A DNA stretch of 64,000 nucleotides, from assembly GCA_030390025.1 (NCBI GenBank), contig CM059433.1, positions 23,562,001 through 23,626,000 on the forward strand, read 5' to 3'. The notes under the pieces are model-generated. The model saw only the letters and a list, made by a program, of their open reading frames with translations, was not told the DNA's origin and made no database searches. The stretch comes from Squalus acanthias. Lineage: Eukaryota. Made by a program: the position numbers and the translations under genes. Position 1 is the stretch's first letter. Each line of letters opens with the position of its first letter. This document shows positions 26,642-40,304 of the stretch, one piece after another.

Positions 26642-27484
26642 GGGCTGAATTTTCACCAGCCCGTGGAGGCGGGTTTGGGGCGTGAGTGGTGTGAAAATAG
26701 CAGATTCGGGGGTCCCGAACCCATCCCGCCCCCAACCCGCCTCCATGCCAGTTTCCCAGGAGGCGGGTACCCGACCTGTGCTGGGACCCGCCTCCCCGAG
26801 GCGGGAAGGGGATTAATGCCAATAAACTGCCTGTTAACAGGTAGTTAACAGGCAGTTTTTTGCCTAATCCCTATTTTTAGCCCTGAAGTGTGGGCTTCCC
26901 GACAGGTCCGAACCACGCCGATTTAGCGAGGTGGACCGTCGGTCTGGAGGGCTTGGAGGGGTCGAGATGTCCGGTGTGCAGGTGAGTGATGGGTGCATGA
27001 GTGCAGAGGTAAGTGTGTTTGGTGTGTGTAAAGTGTTTTAAGAACTTTTACTTACCTTAACTTTGTCCTGCAGGCTAGCTTCTATAAGGTGTCGGGAGTC
27101 CCTCACATCCACGGCACAGAAAGCAGAATGGCTGCGGAGATGTCAAAAGCTGCAGTCTCTGCTTTCTGTGCTGGATTGATTTCTAACTGAGTCTAAGTAC
27201 AGGGACTCACGTTAGAAATCATATTGTCAGTGTTTGACAGCTTCACAGAGCTGTCAAACGCTGAAATTTCATCTGTCAAAAGCTCTTGACAGATGAAATT
27301 TCAATGGCTGACGTCACCTGTATCCAAGGGACCCTTGATTGGCCTGCTAAGCCCGCTGGGCGGGCTTAACAAGGTCAATCAAGGGAAAATACAGTGGGTT
27401 GGCCACAAGTCGATGGAGGCGGGACTACAACCCAAAAAGTGGGAGTCCCGCCTCCATCACGTCCCCATTGACAAAATCCAGCCC
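26642..27484. mobile_element. Harbinger-type MITE
   Basis: TIR GGGCTGAATTTT / AAAATCCAGCCC, 3-bp TSD ATC. Confidence 0.85.
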
Positions 27485-28180
27485 ATCAAGTCTGCACTGC
27501 TGATAGGGAAGGCTTGCATGCCGGTACCACAAAATAAAGATTTGGGTGTGCACTGCCCACCAAATGAATGGTTGGAAGATCATTGCCACTGCGTGCCCGA
27601 TTTATGCTTCTTATGGCAAGTCTCTCCGCTGTTAGTGTGGCTTCATGAGATTACCCTCATGATGTTTGTCCACTATTTTAATTGTGGCATTGGTGGGAAT
27701 GCTAGAGCTAATGATAAGTTTAAAATTATTTGTGTACAGTTCCTTGTGGGCCAGGAGGAGCCTAAGGGCTTCTCCCCTGCCCCTTACTGCAATTGCCCTC
27801 CCCTGCAGCCCTCACAGCCATTTACCTTGACTCGGGGACCGTTCCCACGGATACCTGGCAGCAGCCTCCGAGCTGTGCGCTTCAACAGCCGGACAGCCGC
27901 TTCCCACTGACTTCCCGGCCCTTGTGGAAGGGACGTCAGCAAACGACATGTTAACAAGGCTCGGCCGTTGAAGTCGGCCCGACCTCCTTGCTGTCACCTC
28001 CCGATGAGCCAACCCCTTGCTAGACCGCCTCTACACCCAAGAGATATAATCAACTCCATTAATCAACCTAGTTTAAATAAATGGGTCACTGCCTCAGTTA
28101 AAATATAAGGTAGAGGAATTTGATGTGAATGTGTTCAGCATTTGCCGGATGATATTGCACAGAGTCAATTTCAGACCCAC

Positions 28181-28317
28181 CTCTGAAGCTGGGGAGATAG
28201 GGAAATAGAAGGATTATAACATTCAAGGTGATACATAGCTCCTCTACATTTATTGGGTGGAAACTTTTCTTGATGTTGAAAATGTCTCACCCCATAACAA
28301 AAATCTGGCTCCAATTC
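28181..28317 (-). CDS. Candidate internal exon of unidentified host gene (ELEPDFCYGVRHFQHQEKFPPNKCRGAMYHLECYNPSISLSPQLQR)
   Basis: Strong acceptor CTTTTCCTTTTTTAAG, donor AG|GTGGGT, 137 nt, open in phase 0. Confidence 0.5.
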
Positions 28318-29920
28318 CTTAAAAAAGGAAAAGTATGGATTTGTCCGTAGATGAATCAAACCTCGATATCGACCAAATAGATTTTACCTAATTCATTTGA
28401 GAATCTGAACCAAGGCAGATGTGCTACTAGTTGCAGTACACAATCTGTGATTATGGTGGAGATCAGAGCACTGCGGAATAGAATAAAGCTGACAGCAGCT
28501 TTTTGGTGGTGTCAGATGTAAACTAGGAATAATTTGAAGTTGCCCCTGAAGTCAAAATTATGGATGTTGAAAGGAGACACATTTTTATCAGTTCTTTACA
28601 ATGCATCAGAAATATAGCTCTTGTTGAGTTAGCAAAAAAAGTAAGAATATGTATCAAAATGCCAAATATAACCATTCATTCCAATTCTTCAGCAACTAGA
28701 AGCATTTCTGACCACAGACAACATCCTAACAAAATGCTGCATTTTCAGTCCTTCCATCAGAAATAATGATGTCCCTGAAAAGGCAATTTCCAAGCTGTGT
28801 TTCATAACAGTGGGGAATTATTTTCCTAGTCTGCGCTTTTAAATTTTGTGATGAACTATTACGAAAATACTCCATAGTACAATCCATTTAGTTTTTAGTT
28901 GTCACTAGAAGCCTGCTTTTGAAGCCAATTATAAAGAGCCAAATGTCAAGATGTCACGGTATGATAAACCGTACAAGCCTACAGAGTCACAAGCTGTTTC
29001 TTATTGTGTGAATGGCCATAGATCTACTGACCACTGTTGCAATTACATTGGAGTCAACACTGATGCTGTAAATTTAAAAAAAAATATATTCTTACTCCTT
29101 TACAGAGTTTGTGTTTCATAGTGTCATTAACATCATTCATTTCCGATACTGACATAACAAAGGTCAAATAGTAAAAGAAACATTGAATAATTTGTTCCAG
29201 TTCTTTTTTTCCCTCACCAATTTCTCCATTCTCCCCCTACCTCCGAGGAGGTGAGTTCTCCAGTGAGTAGTTGAGGCATATATACCAGGAAGGTCTCAGA
29301 TTCGATCCCCATTATGCGATCACAGTTGTGGTGGTGATAGAGCTATTACAATTGTCCTCAGTGCTCCTAGGCAAGGGAAGAGAATGTCAGGCAAGGTTCC
29401 TACTCCTTATTACTATTCAGATACCCCACTGGAAATCAGATGGGCCTCAGGCCTACCTGTTCCGGCACAGGGACTGTTCCTGCCAGAGCGAACCAATTTC
29501 TAGGCCATTGTGTTTTACCTGTTAATTGTGTAGGGTTACTGACTGGACCCTTAACTATTGATTCCAATTGAAACTGTGATGGATGATGCTTCCAATGAAT
29601 CTCCAAATGTCAGTTAAACATCAATATAACCAGATCCAAAAATCTACAAAGTCTACAGTGGAGGAAACCTTTGGTCTACTTCATGCAAATATTTAGGTAT
29701 GTGGGGTGCACTAAAGTATGAGCCAACCAAAATTTGTATATTCTTTGCAATCTTCTGCACGCTGTACAAACTTGCTATCCAGAGTTCACTAAAACATGCA
29801 TCTAAACCTTACCTATGAATGAAGCAGAGCGTAAAAAGACTGTATTAGGAAGAAGGGGGGTATACAGTAATTAGCAAGGGCGGTTAGAGGCAACTTCATT
29901 GAACGGCATTTCAATTGAAT

Positions 29921-30425
29921 CATAGAATCAGAGAACAATAGAGTGATGCAGGACAGAAGGAGGCCATTCGGCCCATTGTGCCTGTGCCAGCTCTTTGGAA
30001 GAGCTATCCAATTGGTCCCACACCCCTGCTCTTTCCCCATAGCCCTGCAAGTATTTCCCCTTCAAGTAATTATCCAATTCCCTTCTGAAATATATTATTA
30101 AATCTGTTTGCACGACCCATTCAGGCAATGCATTCCAGATCATAACAACTCGCTGCATAAAATTTTTCATGTTGTCTCTGGTTCTTTTGCCAATCACTTT
30201 AAATCTGTGTCTTCTGGTTACCGACCCTTCTGCCACTGGAAACATTTTCTCTTTATTTAGTCTATCAAAACCCTTCATGATTTTGAACACCTCTATCAAA
30301 TCTCCTCTTAGCCTTTTCTGCTTTAAGGAGAACAACCCCAGCTTCTCCAGTCTCTCCACATAACTGATGTCCCTCATCCCTGGTACCATTCTAGTAAATC
30401 TCTTCTGCACCCTTTCTAAGGCCTG
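29921..30425 (-). mobile_element. CR1-type LINE 3' fragment
   Basis: ALERVQKRFTRMVPG...RLRGDLIEVFK; CTATGATT tail. Confidence 0.9.
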
Positions 30426-31399
30426 AAGGAATTTCTTATCTGATACTTCACCTGTTAGAAAACCATTATACTTTGCTGTTGATACAGATAATGTCACTTG
30501 CTCAATATACAGCTTCTACTCACTGCAGAAGAAGGTAACATACTGCGTAAAGCATTAGCTCCACTGTAGCCATACCAGAGACTGCGTTATTTCTGTATGT
30601 CATCATCACAAAATCAGGCAAAAGGATATGGCCCTATTAGTACAAGGAAGTGAAGTAGAGTGTCTCATTTTGGGATGTGAGCACTGTGAACCCCAGACAC
30701 AAATGAAGAACAGCTCAGTGCAGTGCTCGGTAGGCACAGCTTCAAAGAGCTGTGTTGGAGCATCAGCAGGCAATGTCCTGAATTTCAAATCCTGGGCAGC
30801 AGATGACTGTTAAAAGTTACGATATATAGTATTCACCAATTCTGTTATAAGAATTTTATTAAATTCTGTTACTTGCCTTTCATTAGCTTATGTTGGCTTG
30901 GAATTCTTAACCTCACTCCTGTTAGGTGTTAGGTGCTTTTCTTTAAAACAGATTCTAATGTTTTCTTACTGTAGATGTCAACCTAAAAGGCCTCGGTTAC
31001 ATTTGATTTTAACTACTTTCCATTAATATTAGTAGTAACATTAGCTATTTTTCAATCACTTGGTATCAACCCCTGCATTTAATGAGTTGTGAAAATTTTA
31101 CGCCATGGCTTTCTCCTTCTTTTATCTTAGTTTTTTCGAATTACCCTTGGATATACTCCATCTGCTCCTTATGAATATATAAGCAATTCAAAACCTGCCA
31201 CCCATACCCTTTCAGTATGATTCCTTTCTTCAGGAATCCAGCTGCATCTGCTACCTCATCAACCATCAAGGGAATACTATTGATTTCAACAGTGAATTAT
31301 TTGATATATAATTAAAATTCTGCCATATTTCTCCTTTCCCAGTATTTGTGGGGACTCCCTATTGTACATTATATTCTGACCACTAAAGACAAATGAGGT

Positions 31400-33680
31400 G
31401 CCAATCTGAGGAAAATGCAACACAGGACTACAAGCATGCTAACCAGCGGAAGCAGCATGCTATAGACAGAGCTAAGCAATCCCACAATCAACGGATCAGC
31501 TCAAAGCTCTGCAGTCCTGCCACATCCAGTCGTGAATGGTGGTAGACAATTAAACAACTAATGGGAGGAGCAGGTTCCATGAACATTCCCATCCTTAATG
31601 ATGGCGGAACCCAGCACGCGAGTGCAAAAGACAAGGCTGAAGCGTTTGCAACCATCTTCAGCCAGAAGTGCCGAGTGGACGATGCATATCGGCCACCTCC
31701 TGATGTCCCCAACATCACAGAAGCCAGTCTTCAGCCAATTCAATTCACTCCATGTGATATCAAGAAACGGCTGAGCACACTGAATACAGCAAAGGCTCTG
31801 GGCCCTGACTACATCCCGACTATCGTGCTGAAGACTTGTGCTCCAGAACTAATCACGCCTCTAGCCAAGCTGTTCCAGTACAGCTACAATACTGGCATCT
31901 ACCCGACAATGTGGAAAACTGTTCAGGTATGCCCAGTCCATAAAAAGCATAGAAACATAGAAACATAGAATCTAGGAGCAGGAGTAGGCCATTCGGCCCG
32001 TCGAGCCTGCTCCACCATTCAATACGATCATGGCTGATCATCCAAATCCAGTACCCTGTCCCTGCTTTAATCCCCACAGTACACATATCCCACCCTACCC
32101 CCGTAACCCCACGTATTTAATTCCCCCTAACATATCCCATCCTATCCCCATAACCCCACATATTTAACACCCCCCTAACACTAAGGGTCAATTTATCATG
32201 GCCAAATCAACCTAACCCGCACATTTTTGGACTGTGGGAGGAAACCGGAGCACCCGGAGGAAACCCACGCAGACACGGGGAGAATGTGCAAAGCAGGACA
32301 AATCCAATCCAGACAATTACCGCCCCATCAGCCTACTCTCAATCATCAGCAAAGTGATGGAAAGTGTCGTCAACAGTGCTATCAAGTGGCACTTACTCAC
32401 CAATAACCTGCTCACCGATGCTCAGTTTGGGTTCTGCCAGGACCACTCGGCTCCAGACTTCATTACAGACTTGGTCCAAACATGGACAAAAGAGCTGAAT
32501 TCCAGAGGTGAGGTGAGAGTGACTGCCCTTGACATCAAGGCAGTATTTGACTGAGTGTGGCATCAAGGACCCCTAGTAAAATTGAAGTCAATGGGAATCA
32601 GGGGAAAACTCTCCACTGGCTGGAGTCATACCTAGCACAAAGGATGGTGGTTGCGGTTGTTAGAGGTCACTCATCTCAACCCCAGGACATTGCTGCAGGA
32701 GTTCCTCAGGGTGGAGTCCTAGGCCCAACCATCTTCAGCTGCTTCATCAATGACCTTCCCTCCATCATAAAGTCAGAAGTGGGGATGTTCGCTAATGATT
32801 GCACAGTGCTCAGTTCCATTCGCAACTCCTCAGATAATGAAGCAGTCCATGCCCGCATGCAGCAAGACCTGGACGACATTCAGGCTTGGGCGGATAAGTG
32901 GCAAGTAACATTCACGCCACACAAAGTGCCAGGCAATGACTATCTCCAACAAGCGAGAGTTTAACCACTGCCCCTTGACATTCAACAACATTACCATCGC
33001 TGAATCCCCCACCATCAACATCCTGGGGGTCACCATTGACCAGAAACTTAACTGGATCAACCACATAAATACTGTGGCAACAAGAGCGGGTCTGCAGCAA
33101 GTGTCTCATCTCCTGACTCCCCAAAGCCTTTCCATCCTCTACAAGGGACAAGTCAGGAGTGTGATGGAATACTCTCCACTTGCCTGGATGAGTGCAGCTC
33201 CAACAACACTCAAGAAGCTCGACACCATCCAGGACAAAGCAGCTTGCTTGAGTGGCACCCCATCCACCACCTTAAACATTCACTCCCTCCACCACTGGTG
33301 CACTGTGGCTGCAGTGTATACCATCTACAAGATGCACTGCAGCAACTCGCCAAGGCTTCTTCAGTAGCACCACCCAAACCTGCGACCTCTACCATCTAGA
33401 AGGACAAGGGCAGCAGGCGCATGGGAACACCATCACCTGCAAGTTCCCCTCCAAGTCACACACCATCCTGACTTGAAATATATCGCCGTTCCTTCATTGC
33501 TGCTGAGTCAAAATCCTGGAACTCCCTCCCTAACAGCACTGTGGGAGTACCTTCACCACACGGACTGCAGCGGTTCAAGAAGGCAGCTCACCACCACCTT
33601 CTCAAGGGCAATTAGGGATGGGCAATGAATGCTGGCCTTGCTAGCAACGCCCACATCCCAGAAATGAATAAATTAAAAAA
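31400..33680 (+). mobile_element. CR1-superfamily LINE (distinct 'YSPLAWMSA' family), decayed RT
   Basis: NYRPISLLS, ALDIKAVFD, GVPQGGVLGP, MFANDC, MEYSPLAWMSA; A-rich 3' end. Confidence 0.9.
31950..32289 (-). mobile_element. HE1-like V-SINE, 5'-truncated, nested in the LINE
   Basis: V-domain GGAAACCGGAGCACCCGGAGGAAACCCACGCAGACACGGGGAGAA plus CR1-derived tail; TSD AAAGCA. Confidence 0.8.
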
Positions 33681-34971
33681 AACCTTTATTCTACCTAAAA
33701 TTTCTAGGATATTTCCAGTTATTTTACTTTTCACTCTGGATTATATTTTACAATTTTTTCCTGCCAATTTTCTGTCCTCCTTTCCTTTGCTGAAGCTGTT
33801 GAGTTTTTGCTGTGGTATAGTTTAAAGGGTGCCATGCCCCTTCTGGTACCTCATCTAATTGGTCATTCTTCATATGGGAGCCTTGATAGTGTGTGCTAGC
33901 TTGAAACAGAGCCCATAGGGACATCACTTCGAGCCTGATCCTGAATTTGTTAGACATCCATTTACATGCAGGTTGGCTGCAGGAGCCTCAGTCAGCTCGC
34001 CAGCGAAGACGATTTGAATTTCGGGTCGCTGTATCACCGGCAGTGGACCTCAGGTACATCTTGAAAGGGAGGGTGAAGCGACCGAGATGGAGCGGGGATG
34101 ACTGGAAAGGGGCGGGGAGGCAGTGATTGGAAGATGGAGGGTGGCAACGATCAGGAGGACGACGAGCAGTGACCGGCAGCGGCCCGTGGTTTTAATGTGT
34201 AGCTGGGATGAGCACTCCTGCAACTCCCGGCTCCACATTCAGGTTAGTATTTTTTGAAAAACGGGCTTTCTTTGGTGTCAGCCTGCAGCAGTCACTTTAA
34301 GGACTGCAAGTAGATCAGGTTTTTCTGTACGCACTGGCTGCATTCAGGGTACTCCAATTTTACAAAGCAGGACTCAAACAGGCATAAGGCCCCCTATTTG
34401 CATATGCAAAGAGCCTAATGCCTGTTTCAGGCGCTGGCCTTGGACGCCTCTTTTGATGCCTATACCAATATGGCGGGCAGCATACTTTGGCTCAGGGTGC
34501 ACACTCCACCTGCAATATTGGTCACTTTTTCGCCTATTTTACACCTGTAAAATGCGTGCAGTACCATCGCATTTCTAGGCCAATGAGTCATGTGTTAACC
34601 CTCTAAATTTGGCAGGTTCATTTTCTGGCAAAGTGGACCCAGTATATGTTAAAGCAGTTGAAATTATTTTCGGAAATATCCTCTAATAGGTTGGCTGATG
34701 GCATCTATATTTTCAAGTAGATAATGTCCATCATAACTAATTCTCTGGGTAAGCCGACAGTAGTGGAAACGTTTGCCAAAACTGTTAATCGGCACTTTTA
34801 GCGAAATGAATAAACACAAAAGTTCCCTGGAACAATATAATGATCATCTCCTGAATGCAGAAGCATACCAGAAAACCACCCCCTGGTATCTAAGATGAAC
34901 CTATAGTGAGGATATGGATAGTTAAAGTTCCCTCCAAATCATTCCACTAAGCCGAAATCCATTGTATTTAC

Positions 34972-35127
34972 CAAAAAATATATGGCTCTGTGCTGACTGG
35001 CATATGTAATGGCAAATATGTTGGGTGATTTATTTCCATCATTTGCATACATTATACACCGCCTGTCACTCCAGTGGGTAATCACAGAAGAAACAGGGTG
35101 CCGGTGGAGCAACTCCCGAAGAATTTC
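34972..35127 (-). CDS. Candidate internal exon of unidentified host gene (EILRELLHRHPVSSVITHWSDRRCIMYANDGNKSPNIFAITYASQHRAIYFL)
   Basis: Acceptor GATTTCAG, donor TTG|GTAAAT, 156 nt, phase 0-0; only that frame is open. Confidence 0.5.
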
Positions 35128-35647
35128 CTGAAATCAGATCAACTTACATCAGGATGCTTAAATGATAGTACAATCATTCCATTATTTCCCTCCTTTAAAT
35201 TACCTCTTTTTCTGCTGGTCCTGTTTTTTTGTTCTCTCTCAGATACACATGAATTAAAGAAATTCAACCCCGCCAACCATGCAGAACACATTACAAAATA
35301 AACAAGCAAGGTGTAAGATCCCAAATGCAAAGTTTCACAAGTCACAAATGTCCTGAGCTATCCTTTCAGTATTCCATAAACTAATTATCAATGCCTAAAT
35401 TTATCCTTATAATCCGCAGTTTCACCTCTAGCCATACAAGTGTCCATTTCTTTTGTTAAAAGAGTTCATTGCATTAACACTACCTAATTTTGAGGTAAAT
35501 GTATTCCATACATCAAAAATATACAAATCTTTAGCCTTGCATGCAGTACACTATTTTGCATCTTTGTCACCTAGCCTTGTGATCACAGTGGAAAAAGAAA
35601 AAATTACATCACGATTATCCATTCCATTGGTTATTTTAAAAGACTTG

Positions 35648-36035
35648 GGCCGAGAAATTCGCCTTGGGCGCAAAACAGGCGGTATCGGATCGGCCGCCCG
35701 TTATACACAGCGCCTGATGTTCAGTTCCATTGCAGTCAAGTGGTAAGTGTGTGAGGCTGAGATGGAGCATATGAATGTGAGGTAATTTTTTTTATTTGTT
35801 CCTGGGATGTGGGCGTCACTGGCAAGGCCAGCATTTATTGCCCATCCCTACTTGCCCTTGAGAAGGTGGTGGTGAGTCGCCTTCTTGAACCGCTGCAGTC
35901 CATGAGGTGAAGGTACGTCCACAGTGCTGTTAGCTCCAAGTTTGCGTGCTGCCTGCATTACTTTGAACGGGCTTGGGTTAATCGAGCATCGCAAGCTCTG
36001 CGCCCGTTTTCGGGGGCTATCGAATTTTTAGCCCG
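35648..36035. mobile_element. Harbinger internal-deletion derivative containing a LINE 3' scrap (~35785-35932)
   Basis: GGCCGAGAAATTC / GAATTTTTAGCCC ends; internal similarity to ~56460 and ~58410 of the larger Harbinger. Confidence 0.65.
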
Positions 36036-36184
36036 TTGTATTTCCCTGCCCGGCAACAGCAGGCTCCTTCTGTAAGGTCACAAAGCACAAATAGCAGATA
36101 TATTTAGGATATAGTCAAATCACATCTTGGTCATTTTAGTTACATGCATTTTTGACTACGCACTGTGGCAACAGTAGGTTCAGG

Positions 36185-37919
36185 TGTAAGGGGTTTTGTC
36201 GTGCTTGTATCACAGACGGTGCTGGTGCGAGGTTAGGCCTTCGTTGCCTAATACTATTGCTTGCTCTGGTCTCCGGCCAGCCTTGTTGCAATAAGCACCT
36301 CTGAGTGGTTCGACCCACTCGCCCTTACGGTTCTAACACTGGACTTAGGTGCGAGAGCAGTAATGCAGAGAAAAACTCAAATAGACCCGGTTGAATAGTA
36401 CGAAATGGAAATCTTTATTGCATAGCATCCAAAATCATGAAGTACATGTCATAGGCGCAAATTAACGAGAGTACAAGTATACATACATTCATAAAGCTTG
36501 GTCTATGGTAATGAAGAACACACGGCACATCGTAAAAAGGGGAACACATTATACTTTATCCTTAATAAAACCACCCTCCCCTATCAATACCTACACTACA
36601 TCTAGATTTGTAGGATCATGAAACATGCTCACCACTCGTGATACTTTGGAGAATTTTAAAGTGAGGCACTCGGCTCGTTTCGCTGCAGCGCCTGACTGTC
36701 ACGTGTTTGGAGGGGTCTCTGTACCCCACTTGTTTATCTTCGCTGCTGCGGCAAGCAGGCTGGGCTCCCCGTTGTCATGAAGAACTCGACAGCACTCGGG
36801 CCCGGCTGTAGAACTCAAAGAAAAGTCTTCCTGTACCGACACCAGTTGCCGGTAGAATTCAAAGAAGAGTCTTTGACCGGTTCGTGCAGTAACCTGTAGA
36901 GTTCAAGAAATGGGTCGTATATTTTCGGGCGCGGTCGGGGTTTACTGACCGCGGCGGCACGTGGATTCTTCTTCTTCTCTTGTCATTTCGTCTTGTCTTG
37001 TTGGGCCTTCGGGTCCAAACACCGTTTACCGACTCTCAGGATGGTGCACCCGGTCACTGGCCTTCGTCGAGGCGACTCGTTCCAATTGAGCTCCACCCAA
37101 CATTCGAATAACCGTCCAGTGCGGCTAAAGTCCAGAGTCAACAGAGTCCAGAGAAAACACAGAAGGTTGCTCGTCCAGCAGAGCGATACCCGAGGATCAG
37201 AATAGGAGAATAAAAGTTCAGCCCGAGTCAAGAGTCCGCAGAGATAAGAGCACGAATCAAGCGAATAAGAGAGCAATGGACATTTGTTCACTATAGTTAT
37301 AGTGCTGTGTTCCCTTATCTCCCGCCCAAATCTTAATGTTTGTCCTTTGTGAAATATTGGCGCTCAAAACTCCCAGCATGGGGTGATTCTTGTCTTTAAC
37401 GGGTTTCGGTAGCACCTGAGACTGGCCAACTACCCGTTAATGTTTTCCCCATTGTTGGCCCAGCCAGGATCGTATGAATTGTCTCCCTGACTGGTTTTGG
37501 GGGCCCCCGAATACTTGTTTAATCACCCGAGAATGGCTCTCTCATTGTAGAGCCGTGGGGGTATTTGTGTATTGATGTGTCTGGATGGGCCTTCGATTGC
37601 CCAGTACAATGGTCCTTACTTGTGCATGGAAAACGATTCCAGCACTCATATCTTTTGCGATTGTCACAAATGCAAACAGGTTGCATCCTGTCTTTATCAG
37701 TGCTTATCGAGTATGATCCCGTCTTATATTGAAAATGTTTATTCGAACGCCATCTTGTCTGCCCACTGTACTTCTGGAAGCTTCTGCCACGATGCGCGGT
37801 GGCCATTTTACAGGCTTCTGTGTCCTTTATATCATGACAGCATTTCGTTTAAATAAACTGATCAAACGAATCTGCTTCTATCTTGTTATTTCGAATCGCG
37901 ATAATTGCGGAACTTTACA
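36185..37919 (-). mobile_element. Solo LTR, sister subfamily of the provirus LTR
   Basis: TGTAAG...TTACA, TSD CAGG/CAGG, 1735 bp; colinear similarity with 40305-41911. Confidence 0.92.
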
Positions 37920-38589
37920 CAGGTAATGGGAATGGTGGCAGATGTCACAATCGGGAACAGCCAACCTGTCCCATGTAAGTAATTCAGTGGCCCAAAATTT
38001 GTGATTGAAGGCTTCCCACAGGCGGATGCCTCCGACCTGTATAAAATCTACACATTTCCCTGGTGGTCCGGGAGATACGGAGACTTGCGATCCTGGGCCT
38101 CTCCGGGTCTGCGCGGGCAGAGGCCCACGTATCCCAGGGGCGCACGCGGTTCGCAAGCACCCCTGGGATCAGGTGGGCCGGCCCAACCAAAAGAAGAAGG
38201 GAATTCCCATTCATACTTATGGGAGTTCCATACGTACGGGAATGGGAATCACTTAAAAAACACACATGAAATAAAAAATTTAAAATTACATATTTAAAAT
38301 TAATTAAAATGCCATTTAATTAAATATTTTAAATGAAAATTTAATTTAAACTTACCTTATTGGACAGGGTTTTTAATGTAAAAATGAGTGATACAATTTT
38401 ATTTTTCTATTTTTTAAAACTCTTATGCTGGTTAAAGCAGGCCTTACGCTTTTACCAGGCGTGAGAATTTCACAGGCATTCAGCGGGCGGAAGTTGGGCA
38501 AAAAGCACAGCTCTCCACCCGCAGAGGCCCATCTCCCGGGGACGCGGAGGATCTATCAAGAGGATTCCTGACAGATCGCAAGTTCCGGG

Positions 38590-38812
38590 TAAAAGATCTC
38601 ATGGCACTATTCGAGGAAGAGCAGGGGTTTTTCCCTAAACCAACACCTAAAACAGATGATCTGATCATTATCGCATTGCTGTTTGTGGGATCTTCCTGTG
38701 CACAAATTGGTTGCCGCGTTTACAACAGTGTCTACGCTTCAAAAGTACTTCATTGGCTGTAAAGCGCTTTGGGATGTCCTGAGGTTGTGAAAGGCGCTAT
38801 ATAAATGCAAGA
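38590..38812 (+). mobile_element. DeuSINE 3' fragment
   Basis: GTAAAAGATCTCATGGCACTATTCGAGGAAGAGCAGGGG and L2-type tail. Confidence 0.75.
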
Positions 38813-39644
38813 ATTTTTAAGCTATAAATGCACAGCTTTCTTTCTTTTCTTTATCTCACTCTCCACTCCATGCTCTCTCTAACCCATTTAAACTAAACAG
38901 GGTTCACTAGAATAACAGAAGAATCGTTTGAACAGGTCAAGTGCTCATTTTCTAATAATCACCCTCACCAGTAATTTCTAACCTATGATGAAAGTTGGAT
39001 GAGAAAAATTGTGAACACGAAAAGCCAGTTTGAACTGTTTCATTTATTTAGTTTAAGGAATACTTAAGAAAGAATACATTGCAGGAGAAAACTTTGAGCA
39101 GAAAGTGGGACATTTGATTAACTTGATTTAGTTTGGTTTAAAACCAATTAACTATTAAATACAGGACAGTTTCTTCATTATTAATAAATAATCAATGGTC
39201 TAGACTACCAATTCCTTTCTCAAACTATCTCCCTCCCGATTGCTTTCAAAGATACTAGATCTATTCTGTATTGATTTTGTCTTCCGAATATCAGGTTTGA
39301 TCTGTTAAGGATAATAGGGCGATTTTCACTGAATACTTTTGGCGCTAAAGAGGTATAGAGGTAGCCAAGGTGGGGTCTTAAGCTGAAATGCCGGGTTAGC
39401 CCACATTTAGTGCAAGACACCATCCTGGTAAAGGAGTTGAAGCCCACGTTAGGAATGACCTCCAGGAGACTTGTTAGACAGCTGATTGCCACTTAAAATG
39501 CCTGCTAGCGCTCATTAAGGAGGCTGCACGGCATTTTGGTGGCTGGGGCTTCAACTAACACCCTCTCTTAACAGCAACCAGCTGTGTGGGAGTAAACACG
39601 GCGCTGATGTCAATTTCAAGCGCTACTTAAAGGGATACTCACCA

Positions 39645-40183
39645 CTTTTTTTTTTATTCGTTCATGGGATGTGGGCATTTATTGCCCATCCCTAATTGCC
39701 CTTGAGAAGGTGGTGGTGAGCTGCCTTCTTGAACCGCTGCAGTCCGTGTGATGAAGATACTCCCACATTGCTGTTAGGGAGGGAGTTCCAGGATTTTGAC
39801 CCAGCGATGATGAATGAACGGCGATATACTTCCACGTCAGGATGGTGTGTGACTTGGAGGGGAACTTGGAGGTGGTGGTCTTCCCATGCGCCTGCTGCCC
39901 TTGTCCTTCTAGGTGGTAGAGGTTGCGGTTTTGGGAGGTGCTGCCGAAGAAGCCTTGGCGAGTTGCTGCAGTGCACCTTGTAGATGGTACACACTGCAGC
40001 CAAGGTACGCCGGTGGTGGAGGGAGTGAACGTTTAAGGTGGTGGATGGGGTGCCAATCAAGTGGGCTGCTTTGTCCTGGATGGTGTCGAGCTTCTTGAGT
40101 GTTGTTGGAGCTGCACTCATCCAGGCAAGTGGAGAGTATTCCATCACTCTCGTAACTTGTGCCTTGTAGATGGTGGAAAGGCC
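39645..40183 (-). mobile_element. LINE 3' fragment ('YSPLAWMSA' family)
   Basis: ORF 39692-40147 matches the end of 31400-33680; poly-T on + strand. Confidence 0.9.
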
Positions 40184-40304
40184 ACAATGGTGAGTATCCT
40201 TAAAGAGATACTCATCATTTGATGGTCATTGCTGCTGCAGCTGTGAAGAAGACCTCTGAAACACATCAGGAGACTTTCTGGGACACGTGCAATGCTGATT
40301 TGAC

